Below are positions 50,246 to 62,623 of a stretch of 64,000 nt of DNA, one piece after another. The notes beneath the pieces are model-generated. The model ran no database searches and was not told the DNA's origin. It was given only the letters and a program-made list of their open reading frames with translations. The stretch covers positions 182,194-246,193 of the forward strand of contig JAKMXF010000317.1 of assembly GCA_024704765.1 (NCBI GenBank). The letters run 5' to 3'. A program made the position numbers and the translations under genes. Positions within the stretch are counted from its first letter, which is position 1. Each line of letters begins with the position of its first letter. This DNA is from Oopsacas minuta (lineage: Eukaryota; Animalia; Porifera).

Positions 50246-51463
50246 TACTCTCCGACCTCGTTAAGTTGACATCTCTGGAAAATACTATTGTTTGGCTTAA
50301 GTATTATGACTTATTAACACGCATAGTCCAGTGCAAATGCAGCTAAATAATGTATTTAGGTGCAGTCACCGAATCAAAGGACAATTTGAAATGGAGATGT
50401 AGAGTGTGTAAGACAACATGCTCACTCCATTATGCAACCTTATTCAAGGCTTCAATTCTATCTCTTCCCTCTCTATTACAGTCCTTGTATTATTGGAGTG
50501 AAGATATACAACCTCGCGAATTTCTTGAGAAACAGTTGAATGGCCCCAATACTTTTGTGGACTGGAAAAGTTTTATGAGAGATGATTGCATTGAGGATCC
50601 AATAATTAATCAGGGGACAATAAGCGGACCTGAAACAATGGTGAAGATTGATGAATCGAAATTTGGGGATAATAATATAATCGTGGTAGATTACTCACTG
50701 GTCAATGGGTTTTCGCTATATTTGAACAAGGCACGATAGCGTTCTGATGATTCTAGTTCCCAATGGCTCAGGTACAAACCTACTTCCCATCATTCTGTGA
50801 TATGTATGACCTGGAACTACCATCCACTCAGACGAATGGGCTGCAAATATTGTTGTCCCAGCTCAGGCTATGAACATCACATTGTGAGCCACTCTGAGAA
50901 TTTTGTGAATCCAATTGACGGTACCCATACACATTGGTTAGAAAGTCCTTGGTGGAGGAGTCGTCAAGAAAAGACGAAGAAGAGGCCAAACAACAAATCC
51001 AAATTTGCAAGAATCCCACCTTATCGAGTCCTGTGGAGAAGAAGGAATAAAGGAAACATCCGAAACAGCATCGTGAAGAGCATCAGAGAAATGTATACTG
51101 TTGTGTAATTTAGGTGTAAATACTAAGTAGTTATAGTATTACTTTGTTAGTGATGGTTAAATTATATTCACTACATCACAGACTTGCTAAATGTTAGCAT
51201 AAGCACTTCTAAGGATATTGAAACTGGTAACATTCACAAACGGAGTAATCTAAATACATGTTAGTATTCCCTCGAAAGATTGCCACCTAAGGTGGCTTGA
51301 AATATATAATCACCTCTGCTATTATTAGAAGTCATGTGATAAATAATGTTGTGAACGTGAAATTTGGTTGTTTGCTGTTAACAGCACAATGGCAACTTCC
51401 GTTGGCAAACCAGTGATTGAGAATTACCCCAGAGATAAACATTGGGATGGGGTATTACAAATA

Positions 51464-52163
51464 AGTGGCATATCCAGGGAGGGGATTTGGGTGTTCAAAC
51501 ACCCCCTCACACCTGGTTTCAACTGGCTGAGATGTATTAAGAAGACCTTCAATCACTTGTTTGTCCTGGAGCCGAGATACACTGCTAGTGGATGAAGTGG
51601 ATGAAAGAACTCGAAGTACATGGACAAGCATGTCTACCAAGCACTCTAAGTTATGCCCTTCGACATGCTAGTACTATGTTCCCAACATTCGAACGTGCTC
51701 TGTATTCTTTTCACATTGCCCGTTTCCAGTTGTACGGCAGAGAGATCTTTTAATTCTTTGAAACGAATACAAAGCTTCTTACGATTATCGATGGGGACGA
51801 ATCGCCTCACTTAATTAGCTCTTATGCTCATACACTATGAAATTTCTGTAGATATTTCTGAAGTTACTGATGAATTTTCCAGACGATATCCCAGAAAACT
51901 CCAGATAACTAATGTATTAGCAGACTAATTGTATATTCACTAAATAGTATTAATAAAATTTCGTAACAAACTCTAAACATAAATATCGAAAAACTTTGGT
52001 ACAACTAATATTAAGCTCCTCCTACTATGTGACAAGAATAGCTGTACATCGATGTTTGAGCATCTAAGATTCAAAAAAAGTTTTCTGGGGGGCTTCCACC
52101 GACCCCCCTTAGCGTCGCTTGGTCCAGAACACTCCCCTCACCATAATCCTGGATACGCCACTG
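51464..52163 (+). mobile_element. internally deleted hAT element retaining the C-terminal dimerisation region
   Basis: Ends (a)agtggcatatccagg / cctggatacgccactg; flanks caaata(..) / caaataac; LPVSSCTAERSFNSLKRIQSFLRLSM..RL. Confidence 0.65.
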
Positions 52164-53860
52164 CAAATAACACAACAATTGTACTAATATGCAAATGAAC
52201 ACTTGTTCATATTATGTATTAGTAATTCTAAGCCATCTATGGTTGTATTTCGAATTTGTTCACTATTCTTGCTGGGGACATACTTTTTGGTCTATTCTTA
52301 CCGTGGACATGATTTGTTTGGATTGGAGTAAAGCTTGCTCTTGAGTATTGTCTGGAGTTTATCCACAATTTGAGTTTTTGTATTTGGACTACCCCCCTAT
52401 TTGTGTTTCGGTTTGTTTACCTATAACTGTTTCTCTAAGGAATCTCCACTCAATATTTCACTTTCCTTTCGTTTGCACACAAACTGTTTCCAAATACTTT
52501 TACTCTTAAAACAAATTGTCTCATGATATAATTTGGAGAGTTCAAATCTATCCTGCTCTGTGTCTACTTTTGACAACAACAAACTGAAGAACTAGTTCAA
52601 CGATGTGGTAACTATTTGCTGACAGTTTACATGTAAACGAACAAAAACAATGCATATAAAGTCCCACTGCAACTATTCATTTGTTTATTTCACATCCTCC
52701 CACACCCAGGAGCATACATGTCACTAATCCCGTTCCTATATCACTAGCGTATAGATTCAAAGGTACCTATAACAGTAAACGCGTTTATACTCGCATTACA
52801 GCCTAAATCACTAAGTTGGATCCGTTCATATGCGGCTGGGAAACTGGGTAAATAAGCCTATTAATTAGAAAGATTGTACAAAACTGTACTTGCAATGATA
52901 ATTTCAAGTTTGATGAGAATAGTACGCCTAATTCCTTTGGGTTCTTTTTCGGCCAAGGAACTTTATCCAATTGGTAAATCACGATTATTGATATCGAAGT
53001 TGTAATTTATTCGTAGAACAATTTGAACTGGCAAATACCCCTTGGATGTTAGTTAGTTTAAATTTTCCCAGGATATTAAAACATCATTTACTAAAGTTGA
53101 TCGCCCATGTAATCCAAATCGAAATATTATATTTAATTTTGACATTGTTCATATTATTCAAAGCATTCGTAACAACTGGCTTAAATTGAAAGACTATTAT
53201 AGACCTTTATTTTCATCAATTTGACAATTGCTACCAAACACTAAATAATGATATGAATCCAGCTCCAGCCTGTAGCCAGTTAATTATATCCATACTCGTT
53301 AGCAAAATCACATTTGAATCCTCGGGAATGGCTAATTCAAAATACCCTCCTATTTGTTTTCTGTATATGAAGATCTTGGAAACATGTACAAGCCAAACCA
53401 GTCCTTAAGAGAGCTCCAAATTGACTTCCAAAGCCTGCTGACCATAAAAATTGGAGCGTTATAACGTAAGCTTGGCTCTCAAAGTTTTTCTTGAATCGAC
53501 AGCTGCAGGACTATTAAGTTATACCATTGAGCATAAGATAATCATCAAACAGTCGTATACCTAAGTTTAATTAAAATAATTTGGAACTTTGAACCTTAAT
53601 TGAGTATGAAAAAGTGTACGTTTTAACAACGAAGATATGGCACCGCTACTTTTTATGATGACTCCAATGATCTAACCAGTAATCGGTAATTTCAAACAAA
53701 CTAATTAGTATGCAAATTTCCTTTTGGAAAATTTGTATACTGGTTAGATCGTTGGAGGGTATTACCGATTTCGAGGGGCAAACTGACACCAGAAACATTG
53801 TTCTAGTTGTAATCATAACTGTAATGCTCTCTCCATACCACTTACAAGACTAACTGAATA

Positions 53861-55959
53861 CAGTGGAACCTCGAGAACTGGGGCACAACCAGTAGCCCCA
53901 AAAAATGCCCCAGTTCGGGAGAGTGCCCTAATTCGCGAGAGTCTTTAAAATGTCCCACATTTCCAAACGCAACGCATAGGTGGTAGATATACAGTTCACA
54001 TTAAGCATTCACAGTTACAGTCAATCACCAGTCAAGTTAATATCATTGTTCAGAATCGTTGAAGAACTCAGTGATGCTCGTCTGACGAAGCTCAGAGGCC
54101 ATTCGGTCTGTGATGAGTTGGCTGTACCACTGCAGGTCAATAGTATCACCGATGGCGTTTCATCTCCACGAAACATGGTGTACATTTGTAGTGACCTGAT
54201 GGCAGCGAGAGCCTCGGAGTTCCTTGGGGCATCAGGGGCGGTTTCTTCCACTTCTCCGATATCGCTGAGATCCATTTTGTCTTCTCCGAAGTCCTCAACT
54301 GTAGAGTTATCAAGCACAGCCAGTCGAATAGAGCCTCCGGAGTCTCTTGGAGAAGGAATAAAACCTTATCATCATCCTCCCGGACCTGCATGTCCAGTTC
54401 CTCCTGTTCCAACTCATCGCATAACCCGAACTTCATCGCAGTAGCGGGATCGGCCACTACACCAACCTTAAAAAATCCGCGGTTGGCGAAGCACTTCGAA
54501 ATTGTACGTTTCTCGACTTTTTTCCAGGCCCAAAAAACCCACACCATGACCAATGCGATGTTGATGGCCTTGAGGGGGTCGTCATCAGCGGTCTGCTCGC
54601 TAGATAGGCTGCCGAGTATATGGATGGAGCTGCTCTCTGTACTTCAGTTTTAGAGCTTGAAATATCCCTGCGTCACATGGCTGAGTGCACGACTTAGTAT
54701 TCTTGGGGAGGTACACGAGCTTGACTGCATTTAGCGGAATATCACGCATATTATGTACCCCTGCATTGTCCATGGTGAGCAGCACGTTTCGGCCCTGAGC
54801 GTTCATCTTACAGTTGAAGTCTCGAAGCCACTCCTCGAATATGCGACCAGTCATCCATGCAGATTTCTGTGACTGGTAAATTACAGGCAACTTTCCAATA
54901 TTGGCGCCTTTGAGAGCTCTCGGGTTCACTGCCTTTCCGATCATCAAAAAGCTTTTTCTTCTCCCCCATCCATGAGCAGCAGATAAGAACAGTCAGCCAT
55001 TCTTTCAGACCCTTCTTCCCGTGACCACTGTCCCCAGCCATGACCAGAGATTATCTTCGTGGCTTGCTTGAAGATTAGGCTGGTCGTGTCGAATTTAAAA
55101 CGTCTTCATCCCATATTTATTCAATATATCAGGCAATTCCTCCATCCGGTTCTTAACCAAAATCTTGTCCACAGCAACTGCCTCTCCACTCAAGTTCTTT
55201 TCCACAATCCCGTGTCTCTTCTTCACCTTATCAAGCCAGCCTTCTGAAGCTTTGAAGTTGTTGATGCCATGTTTAGTCGCTTCTCGCTTGCCTAACTCCA
55301 TCAACATGGGACCAATGATCGACATACCCCTCTTCCTCGCCCACTCACTGAAGCTCACCACAGCATTTTCGATGTCTTCATACTGCGGGTTGATCTGTAC
55401 GATCTTCCTTTTCTTGAGGTAATCTGGTATTTCGTCTTGTTCGTTCCTGGGCTTCTCGATATCATCCTTCTGCTGCCGCTTCAACTGCCGACGGTCCCTT
55501 TGCTAGTTCCCATCTCTCTGGCTATCGCTCGTTCGGCCAAGCCTTCCTCGGACAGTTTGAGGATCTTCGAACGCTGTTCGAGATTAAGATGTGGTTTGGA
55601 TGAGGAAGACATACAGGTGATATAGAATGACTAATAAAAAAATACCGAGGAGACGTCGAATGCGTGCATTATTCAATTCATGTTACAAAATGAATATGAA
55701 CTACATCGTATAATGAAGATGTATGTTCATTTCTTGAAACAAACATCCCGCAGTGCTCAAACCTTAGTTCTAGTTTTTGGAGAAAAAAAATCGAAAAGAT
55801 TGTGTTGAAAAGTTGAGATGATGACGACACACACACATACTCACATACAATCACAGAGAGAAAGAGAGAGCATAAAAACAAAAAATATTATCAAAACAAA
55901 GCGCCCCACTTCGGGAGGTGCCCCATTACGCGGGTGCCCCAGTTCTCGAGGTTCCACTG
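53861..55959 (-). mobile_element. pogo/Tigger element, transposase pseudogene ~55612-54021
   Basis: Perfect 26-bp TIR cagtggaacctcgagaactggggcac, TA TSD; CENP-B-type HTH (FKASEGWLDKVKKRHGI), KSAWMT, LLTMDNAGVH, QPCDAGI. Confidence 0.92.
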
Positions 55960-56099
55960 TAGTGTGGTTTTGAGTATTTATTGACATCGCGAATTCATAT
56001 TGACAATTTAGAACACCACTTTGTGCTCTATCGACAAATGTCTGGTTCACAATATCATATATTGTCAAATTTTTGAAAGTGACCTTGGTTTGAGATATC

Positions 56100-56700
56100 A
56101 AATTATCTTAAGTTTTTACAACAAACAACAATGCCCTGAATAGGCAAATCCATACCTCTTACAGAATATTTGAAAGTGTTTGTAGAGGACAATACTGACG
56201 AAAACAATATCCATGCTGATTTTGATTACTATCTAAATGAGATGGAAGGAATCGCAAAATTTGTCTTTTAAAGTTAACAGATAGACTCTTATTTATAGCA
56301 GGTTATGTCATATTCTCTTATTTATAACAATCAATGGAATGTTCAGACTGTCAATCATTTTAACTTCTCCCAAAGACAATATAGTTTTCAATTACACAGG
56401 TTTTTCATTAATCGATATGCTGGATAGAGGTTCGCTTAAAAACCGTCCGAATGTGTCTACCAATCTGTCAGTATAACGTATGATATATTTCTTATAATTG
56501 AAAGTCATCCAGCTTTAAGAAAGAGTGTTGATGGGCCTTGCCTTAATAAGTTAGTTCAATTAGCAATATTGGATGTTGAAATGAAACAGTTAAGTTTGGA
56601 GAGATTGCTGTTGCTGTACCGTTCCTAAATGGGATATTCTCAACTGATCAAAAGTGGTTAGAATCTATGGTGCCTTAGTAACAGGTCGGGATAATTCTAA
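56100..56700 (+). pseudogene. C-terminal remnant of a second P-element/THAP9-like transposase
   Basis: FIAGYVI..MECSDC..LIDMLDRGSLK parallels FIAGY..CNIC..LADRRGLKYPS at 26.3-26.5 kb. Confidence 0.55.
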
Positions 56701-57619
56701 GTTACAAAACAGTAATACTAATACCTTTCTATTCCTTAGAGTTGTTACAATTTTTCCAACCTTTCAAATGTTCGCACCTGGGGGTTGTTCAAGACTATAG
56801 CATAATGCTAAAGCAATACTGAGTAAATAGTATATAGAAATAACAAACTAATTAGACACACATTCTGATAGTATAACTGCTCCTACTTATAGCTAACCTA
56901 AGCCTACTAACAGACATTACACAATGTGGAAATATGCGGTAATAAGTGAAAATTGGACCTCGTTATTGTCCAAAATGAATATGTACATTCGATTCTACAC
57001 TATTTCAAACCTAGAAATATTCTATTATTAGTTATTTGATGATTTTATAACATATCTAACCAAAGTCTCAAACTTAGGCCAAAATTTGAAATTTGAAACC
57101 TAGTTCGATAAACAATAACGTACTTGTCGGTGTAGACACTACCAGATACACAGCTGATACAGCTGGACTGAATAGTAGTATTGGCAGACCAGGAGTAAGA
57201 CTATATCTGACTATCAAGCTACTGATGGTGATATTGTGTTTGGATGTCATAGAATCTATACCGGCCTTGTTTTTTCTGATGCTTTAATATCTGGTAGCCC
57301 TCAGAGATTAGCTGGTTAGTTTAACTGACTGATTATCCCTATAGTTTTGTGTGTGCAGAATTGATTAAGGAACTGATAAGAGCTACGAATTGTAAATTTG
57401 GTATATGTCTGGTGTGTGAGATACATCTAGGAATAAGTTCTCATATTCTGAGATTCGAATGTAGTATCAAACTAGATATGATGGGGGAGTTAATAATGGA
57501 TGGATAATATGATTTAAATTCTCCTCTGTTTGTTACACTCGATGCACGTAGTGTTGAGTATATCCCACTGCCGCCCAAAAGTATCAGGAAATATAGATTT
57601 TTCATACATAAGCTAAATT

Positions 57620-57644
57620 GGAGGCAGCAAGCGAAGCGCGCTAG
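57620..57644 (+). mobile_element. possible Helitron 3' terminus
   Basis: GC-rich gcagcaagcgaagcgcg followed by CTAG|T; the hairpin is weak. Confidence 0.3.
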
Positions 57645-57779
57645 TTATATACACTTTGAAAGTTTTTTTGAATTTTTGGTTAACTTTATTGATCGATAAT
57701 AGTGGGATTAGTGTGAAATTTGACAAGAGCATAATATAAATCCTTTCGCTGACAACTGATTAACGACAAAACTTTCTAG

Positions 57780-59316
57780 TTCCTCCTTCCTCTCCTCCTG
57801 TAACACTCTCTGAGTCTAATAATAAATGTACTAACATTATAATCAGCTGGACTACTCCTGATAGTGATAGAGATATTATAGAATACTCTATGTATCGTAA
57901 TAATACATTCTTAATTACTACAACAGATAATAATTACACAGATACTAATCAACTGACTATCAATACAATATATGAGTACTCTGTTACAGCTATCAGCTGT
58001 GCTGGTGACTCTACTCCTGGTGTTAATACTGTTAGTTTAGGAGATAATATTTGTTGTATAAATATTCTGATTCTGTATTTATTTCTTTATTTGTTTACCA
58101 TGTAGGTTATTCTATAAACAACTCTCCTCAGCTGTTCCTCAGCTATGATAACGCTACCAGTCTTCTCACTATTGATTGGGTAATTAATATTGTATATCAG
58201 CTGTTGAATAACTTAATATTCTATTTATATTATCTCTAGACTCTACTTCCGGTTATGACACCTCTTTCTCTTATACTAGAGTATTCATTAGATTTGGTTT
58301 ATAATCACACACAATCAGACATTACTCATCAGTTCTCTAACTCTACTACATTCCTATTACTCTCTAATGAATCTATTTACTCGATATACATAACTCCACA
58401 TAACTTCACTACAGATGATGGAGTAATAACTAACATTACAGCTTGTATACAATTAATACAACAGTGTGGAGTATTCAATGAACAGACTATATGTGTGTTC
58501 TTTAACTCAGGTGTGATATTTGTAATATTATCAATATTCATCATTATAGTAATTAGGGCCAAATACTTTTGCATTTTCTTGTTTACTATCCATGGTATAT
58601 TCTCTTTAGAGAATCCTTCTATACCACCTACTAATCCCTCTACTCCCATTAACACTACTGGTGCGTCTATTAATGTTAATACAACTACAAGTGAGTGGAT
58701 AATGTAATATATGATATAACTCATGTGTAGAATTATCAAATTACAAACCTTTCAATAAAGTATACTCAGCTTAATAGTGTCATATCAGGGTTATACTATT
58801 TAACCCGATTAACCGGTGACTCTATTAAGCAGATTCTACTGTAATCTCTCTAATCTTAGTTACTACTACTACTGAGGAGCCGATTCTTCTTCGTAAGTCT
58901 TTTGTTTGTTAACAATTATATATTCTTTGTAATGTAAGAAATGATTCTATCACTATTATCTGTATATCCGTCTGTCTGTAGCTATAATAATAGGAGTAGT
59001 AGGAGCTATTGGAGGTATACTACTGATATTATTCATAGTACTAGTATTCATTATGTTATACATATGCTGTATAATGAAGAAGAGAAGTAAGCTGTAAACA
59101 ATTCAACGAATTATCACATACACGTTATGCAATTTACTGTATTTATTTATTCTAACAGATAATACAACAGATAAACAATCAATACACAACTATGAGGTTA
59201 TAGATAATCAAATGATATTATCTTCTCCTATCCATCAATCCTCAGAGTCTCACTACACACCCATGGCTCCATTATCTGATAATCAGATACCTTCTACGTA
59301 TGCTAATTTGAAATAG
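57780..59316 (+). CDS. single-pass FN3 receptor B (FN3 + Cys/N-glycan-rich domain + Thr/Pro stalk + TM + Tyr-motif tail); exons 57780-58055, 58106-58179, 58240-58510, 58610-58690, 58860-58892, 58982-59086, 59159-59316; 5' exons not found
   Basis: Seven exons join in frame through GT-AG introns. FN3 ISWTTPDSDR..YEYSVTAISCAG; TM IIIGVVGAIGGILLILFIVLVFIMLYICCI then MKKR; tail ends STYANLK*. Clear paralogue of receptor A. Confidence 0.75.
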
Positions 59317-59750
59317 AATAATATATAACTTGAATTGAAGTGTTAGCTTCTTTTATTTGTATATTTGTTTTTACAGAATCTATTTTGTGTATATTTATTG
59401 TTTATAATGCAATATGAATAATCAGCTGATAATTTTAATGAATAATTATTTTCGATTACTTCAAATTCTTCGTTTAGGTTGCTTTAATTACAATCTTGTA
59501 TTTTAATGTTGTTTCATAGCAGATTAATACAATATGTGATTATTATCTGTATTGGAATTAAACTTTCGAAAGATAAGGTAGAAGTATTATACGTAGCCTT
59601 TTTTGGCGAGAGATTGGACCAAAAAGCTGGGTCTTTTAGAGAAAGTGGGAGGAATGCTTGAGGTTTGATATTTACATAATTATAGAGCATATCTTTCGAA
59701 AATTGAACTCTAATTATCAAAATGTGTATTTAGATAGAAACTAGAATGTA

Positions 59751-59913
59751 CAGTAAACTCTCATTATAACGAAGTGCTCGAGACTCAAGTCATATTTCGT
59801 AAAAGAAATATAACCTGAGTAAATAAATTACTTTCTAGCTATACGGGTAAAGACTCACTTCGTTATAACTGAAGTTTCGTTTTATCCGACTTGGTTATAA
59901 CTGGAGTTTACTG
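59751..59913. mobile_element. pogo/Tigger-type MITE (163 bp)
   Basis: TA|cagtaaactc..ttataac ... gttataactggagtttactg|TA. Confidence 0.75.
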
Positions 59914-61477
59914 TATTATAATATACTAATTCTATTTCATTTTTACCAATCATTTCGCATTATCATCAATAAATATACCTACATTACTTCGACAGTAATC
60001 GGTTACAATAGAGTAATCTTGAATATTGCTGTTTCATGAGGCAATCATTTTGGGCCTTTATGAGCCTCATTTTGCAGTAATTGCCATAGCATAAAGCTTT
60101 TTCAAAGTGAGAGCTTCGCCATCTCAGTTCTGTGCAAAATTACTTCCTAAATCATATTTATAGATTGTTCAATTTTTTTCCACACATCTTGTATGACTAA
60201 ATATTCGAAAAAGTTTCATTGAAATTTATCAATTTGCAATTTAGAAAGACAATAGCATTTTTGATTTTTGATTGAATGCATATTTGTTTCCGTTCTTTGG
60301 AGCACGGCACCCCTTGGGCGTCATGTAGATACCGCAATGTACCAGATCACGACTGATGTTTTGTCCCTGGACCTGAGAAATATTTCATGCACAATGCAAT
60401 ACCAATGTATTTGTCCACTTATCCTGTATATATTTGCAATTATACAAGGTCTTTTTCCAATTATCCTGTCTATCGTTCAATTGTCCTGCTTATATACCCA
60501 ATACTCCTTTTCATATATATAATTACCCATTCTAATTGTCCAATTATCCCCTAACTATATGTCCAATTTTACATTTTTAATGTTATACCCAGAAATACCG
60601 CTACAGCTATTTATACCATTTATGGAGGAACAATTTAAGTTACTTTATCTTATTTGTTATTCATTTTGAGCCAGAAAATCTAATCAGATTGGAAAATCAA
60701 AACTCTCAATTCACTAAAAAAATCTCAGTGGAGGCAATGGCCCCCTCAGCCCCTGCTCTTTTATATATTCTCATCCCCTTTGTCTCTCTTATCCATTTTG
60801 CTACTCCCGCTCTTGTTTCAATCTAGTTTGTGTGACTAGACTATTTGAAACCGCTGCATGAGTCATACTATTCCCATTTTCGGAAATAACAATATACCTT
60901 ATCCATGATGGAGATTATGTTATTTACAAAATTTCGGAAAGCTTGTGATACTAATTTTTCTAAAAATACAGCTGGTTTTAGTTTCCCTGTTTTATGTTCA
61001 TATATTATTAATTCTAGATTATCGCCTTTGAATTTTGCATTGGCTACCTCCACTTTCTTAGTCCATGTACAACTCCAACGTTTCGTGCACTACGATATAC
61101 GATAATTATAATTCTGTCTCCCAAGTTTCATTCCAGGTTTAAAATTTACTATTGCCTGTAGCAATCCGTTATATACATATCAACCCTCAATAGTATTATG
61201 AATATATCAGTAAAATAGAAAATTATCAAAATATATTGAGTTATGTAGACCTCGATTACTAACAACACTAATTCTTCCTCCGTTATCTACTGTAATACCG
61301 GTAGGATAAGATATAGATTTCTTGTTTATCAAATAAAATCAAATTGGGAGTTGAAAATATAAATAGAGTTATTAGGAAAGATATAAGAATAATCTGTAAT
61401 AAAAATATTGTTAGAATTGTCGATACAAAAGAACCATGGATGCATCACCTGTAATTTATCTAGAAGACATGCATGCA

Positions 61478-61974
61478 TTAGTCCGAATTTTAAGGTTGTC
61501 ATTAGTTAGAATTTTCTTTATTGTAACAAGTTAGAATCGATTATTAGTTTATTGTAACAAGTTAGAATCGATTTTCCGACTGATGTCACAAATCAGAATG
61601 GATTTTCAGACTATGGTCACAAGTTTATAAACAAATAACCATGGTCCGCCATTCTGCAGACTTTACTAATAATTAGTCCAACAAAAGTCCATCCAAACAC
61701 AAAATTACCATGAAGTCCACATCCCCGTCCCTAGGTAGCCTAATAACGATTACAAATGAAAACACCCAGATCCATAAGGTAGTGAACTAAATCCCTAATC
61801 CCCTCCCAATGGTACGGGTTTATAATTACTACAGTAAAAGTTTTTCCGCGCCTCGTTTTGCCACACAATATCTCGGAAAAGTAGGTTCTGACTTGTTACA
61901 ACAGTCTGAATTCAATTCGAACTTGTTACAATTCAGAAAATTCTAACTAATGACAACCTTAAAATTCGAACTAA
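61478..61974. mobile_element. MITE/foldback element with ~55-bp inverted ends, core related to 43780-43970
   Basis: ttagtccgaattttaaggttgtcattagttagaattttct is mirrored at ~61935-61974; shared core ccataaggtag..aaatccctaatcccctcccaatggtac. Confidence 0.7.
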
Positions 61975-62009
61975 ATCAGCGCCACCATCTAGAAATTTAG
62001 AAATTATAC

Positions 62010-62623
62010 TCTTATGTAAAATGAGATTATAGTTGTACAGATGAAGACAAGGATTAGATTGATCGAGAATATAAATAAATTCTTTTGTAAGTTTAACCTC
62101 AACAGGGCTTTTGAGGTTATCTTGTCCAAACTGTGTCTTGTAGGTAAGTTCCTTGGACAGTATCTGAATACGATTATTACCAGAATCACATTTGAATATT
62201 TCTCCATTAGATTCATCGAATATCAGACTATTAGGATCCCAAAATCCAATTCTCCTTTCTCAGGATCCCCTATTATAGAAATTAACTTCCCAGTAACTTG
62301 ATAATTCAGAATACAGTCGCTACTTTGTGAAATTAGAATTCTATCTCTACATATAACTAACCCAATTGGACGACACATCTTTCCTTCTCCTTCCTCATCT
62401 CCAAATTTATACATAATCTTACCATTACAATCGAATACTTTTCACACAATTATTCCAACAATCTGCTACATAGATATCTCCTGTAGAATTATCAATAGTT
62501 ATTCCTCTAGGTCCGATAAGATTTTCTAGCCCCTCTCCTCATTTTACAAACACTGACTATAGGTTGTATCTTGCTCTTATAGTCTACAGAGAATATTCTC
62601 TCTATAGGATTAGCTGTAGCCAT
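62010..62623 (-). pseudogene. decayed NHL-repeat gene
   Basis: MATANPIERIFSVDYKSKIQP..., GPRGITIDNSTGDIYVAD, KMCRPIGLVICRDRILI, IGDPEKGELDF. Frameshifts and stops; truncated at the MITE. Confidence 0.72.

Larger units (their letters stand above)
48640..51108 (+). pseudogene. second Merlin/ISXO2-like transposase pseudogene, split by the maT insertion
   Basis: Frame IPDISASSL|LSDLVKLTSLENTIVWL continues across the maT TA site; CKCS..KWRCRVCK, VKIDESKFG, IVSHSENFVNPIDGTHTHWLES. Confidence 0.72.

Noticed and set aside
52250-53620. Possible decayed minus-strand coding sequence
   Set aside because: Looks coding-like in composition, but no family motif could be identified.
53980-55625. Plus-strand ORFs over the pogo element (53980-54444, 54390-54653, 55165-55422, 55437-55625) and similar antisense ORFs over other transposases
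   Set aside because: Shadow frames of GC-richer transposase sequence on the opposite strand.
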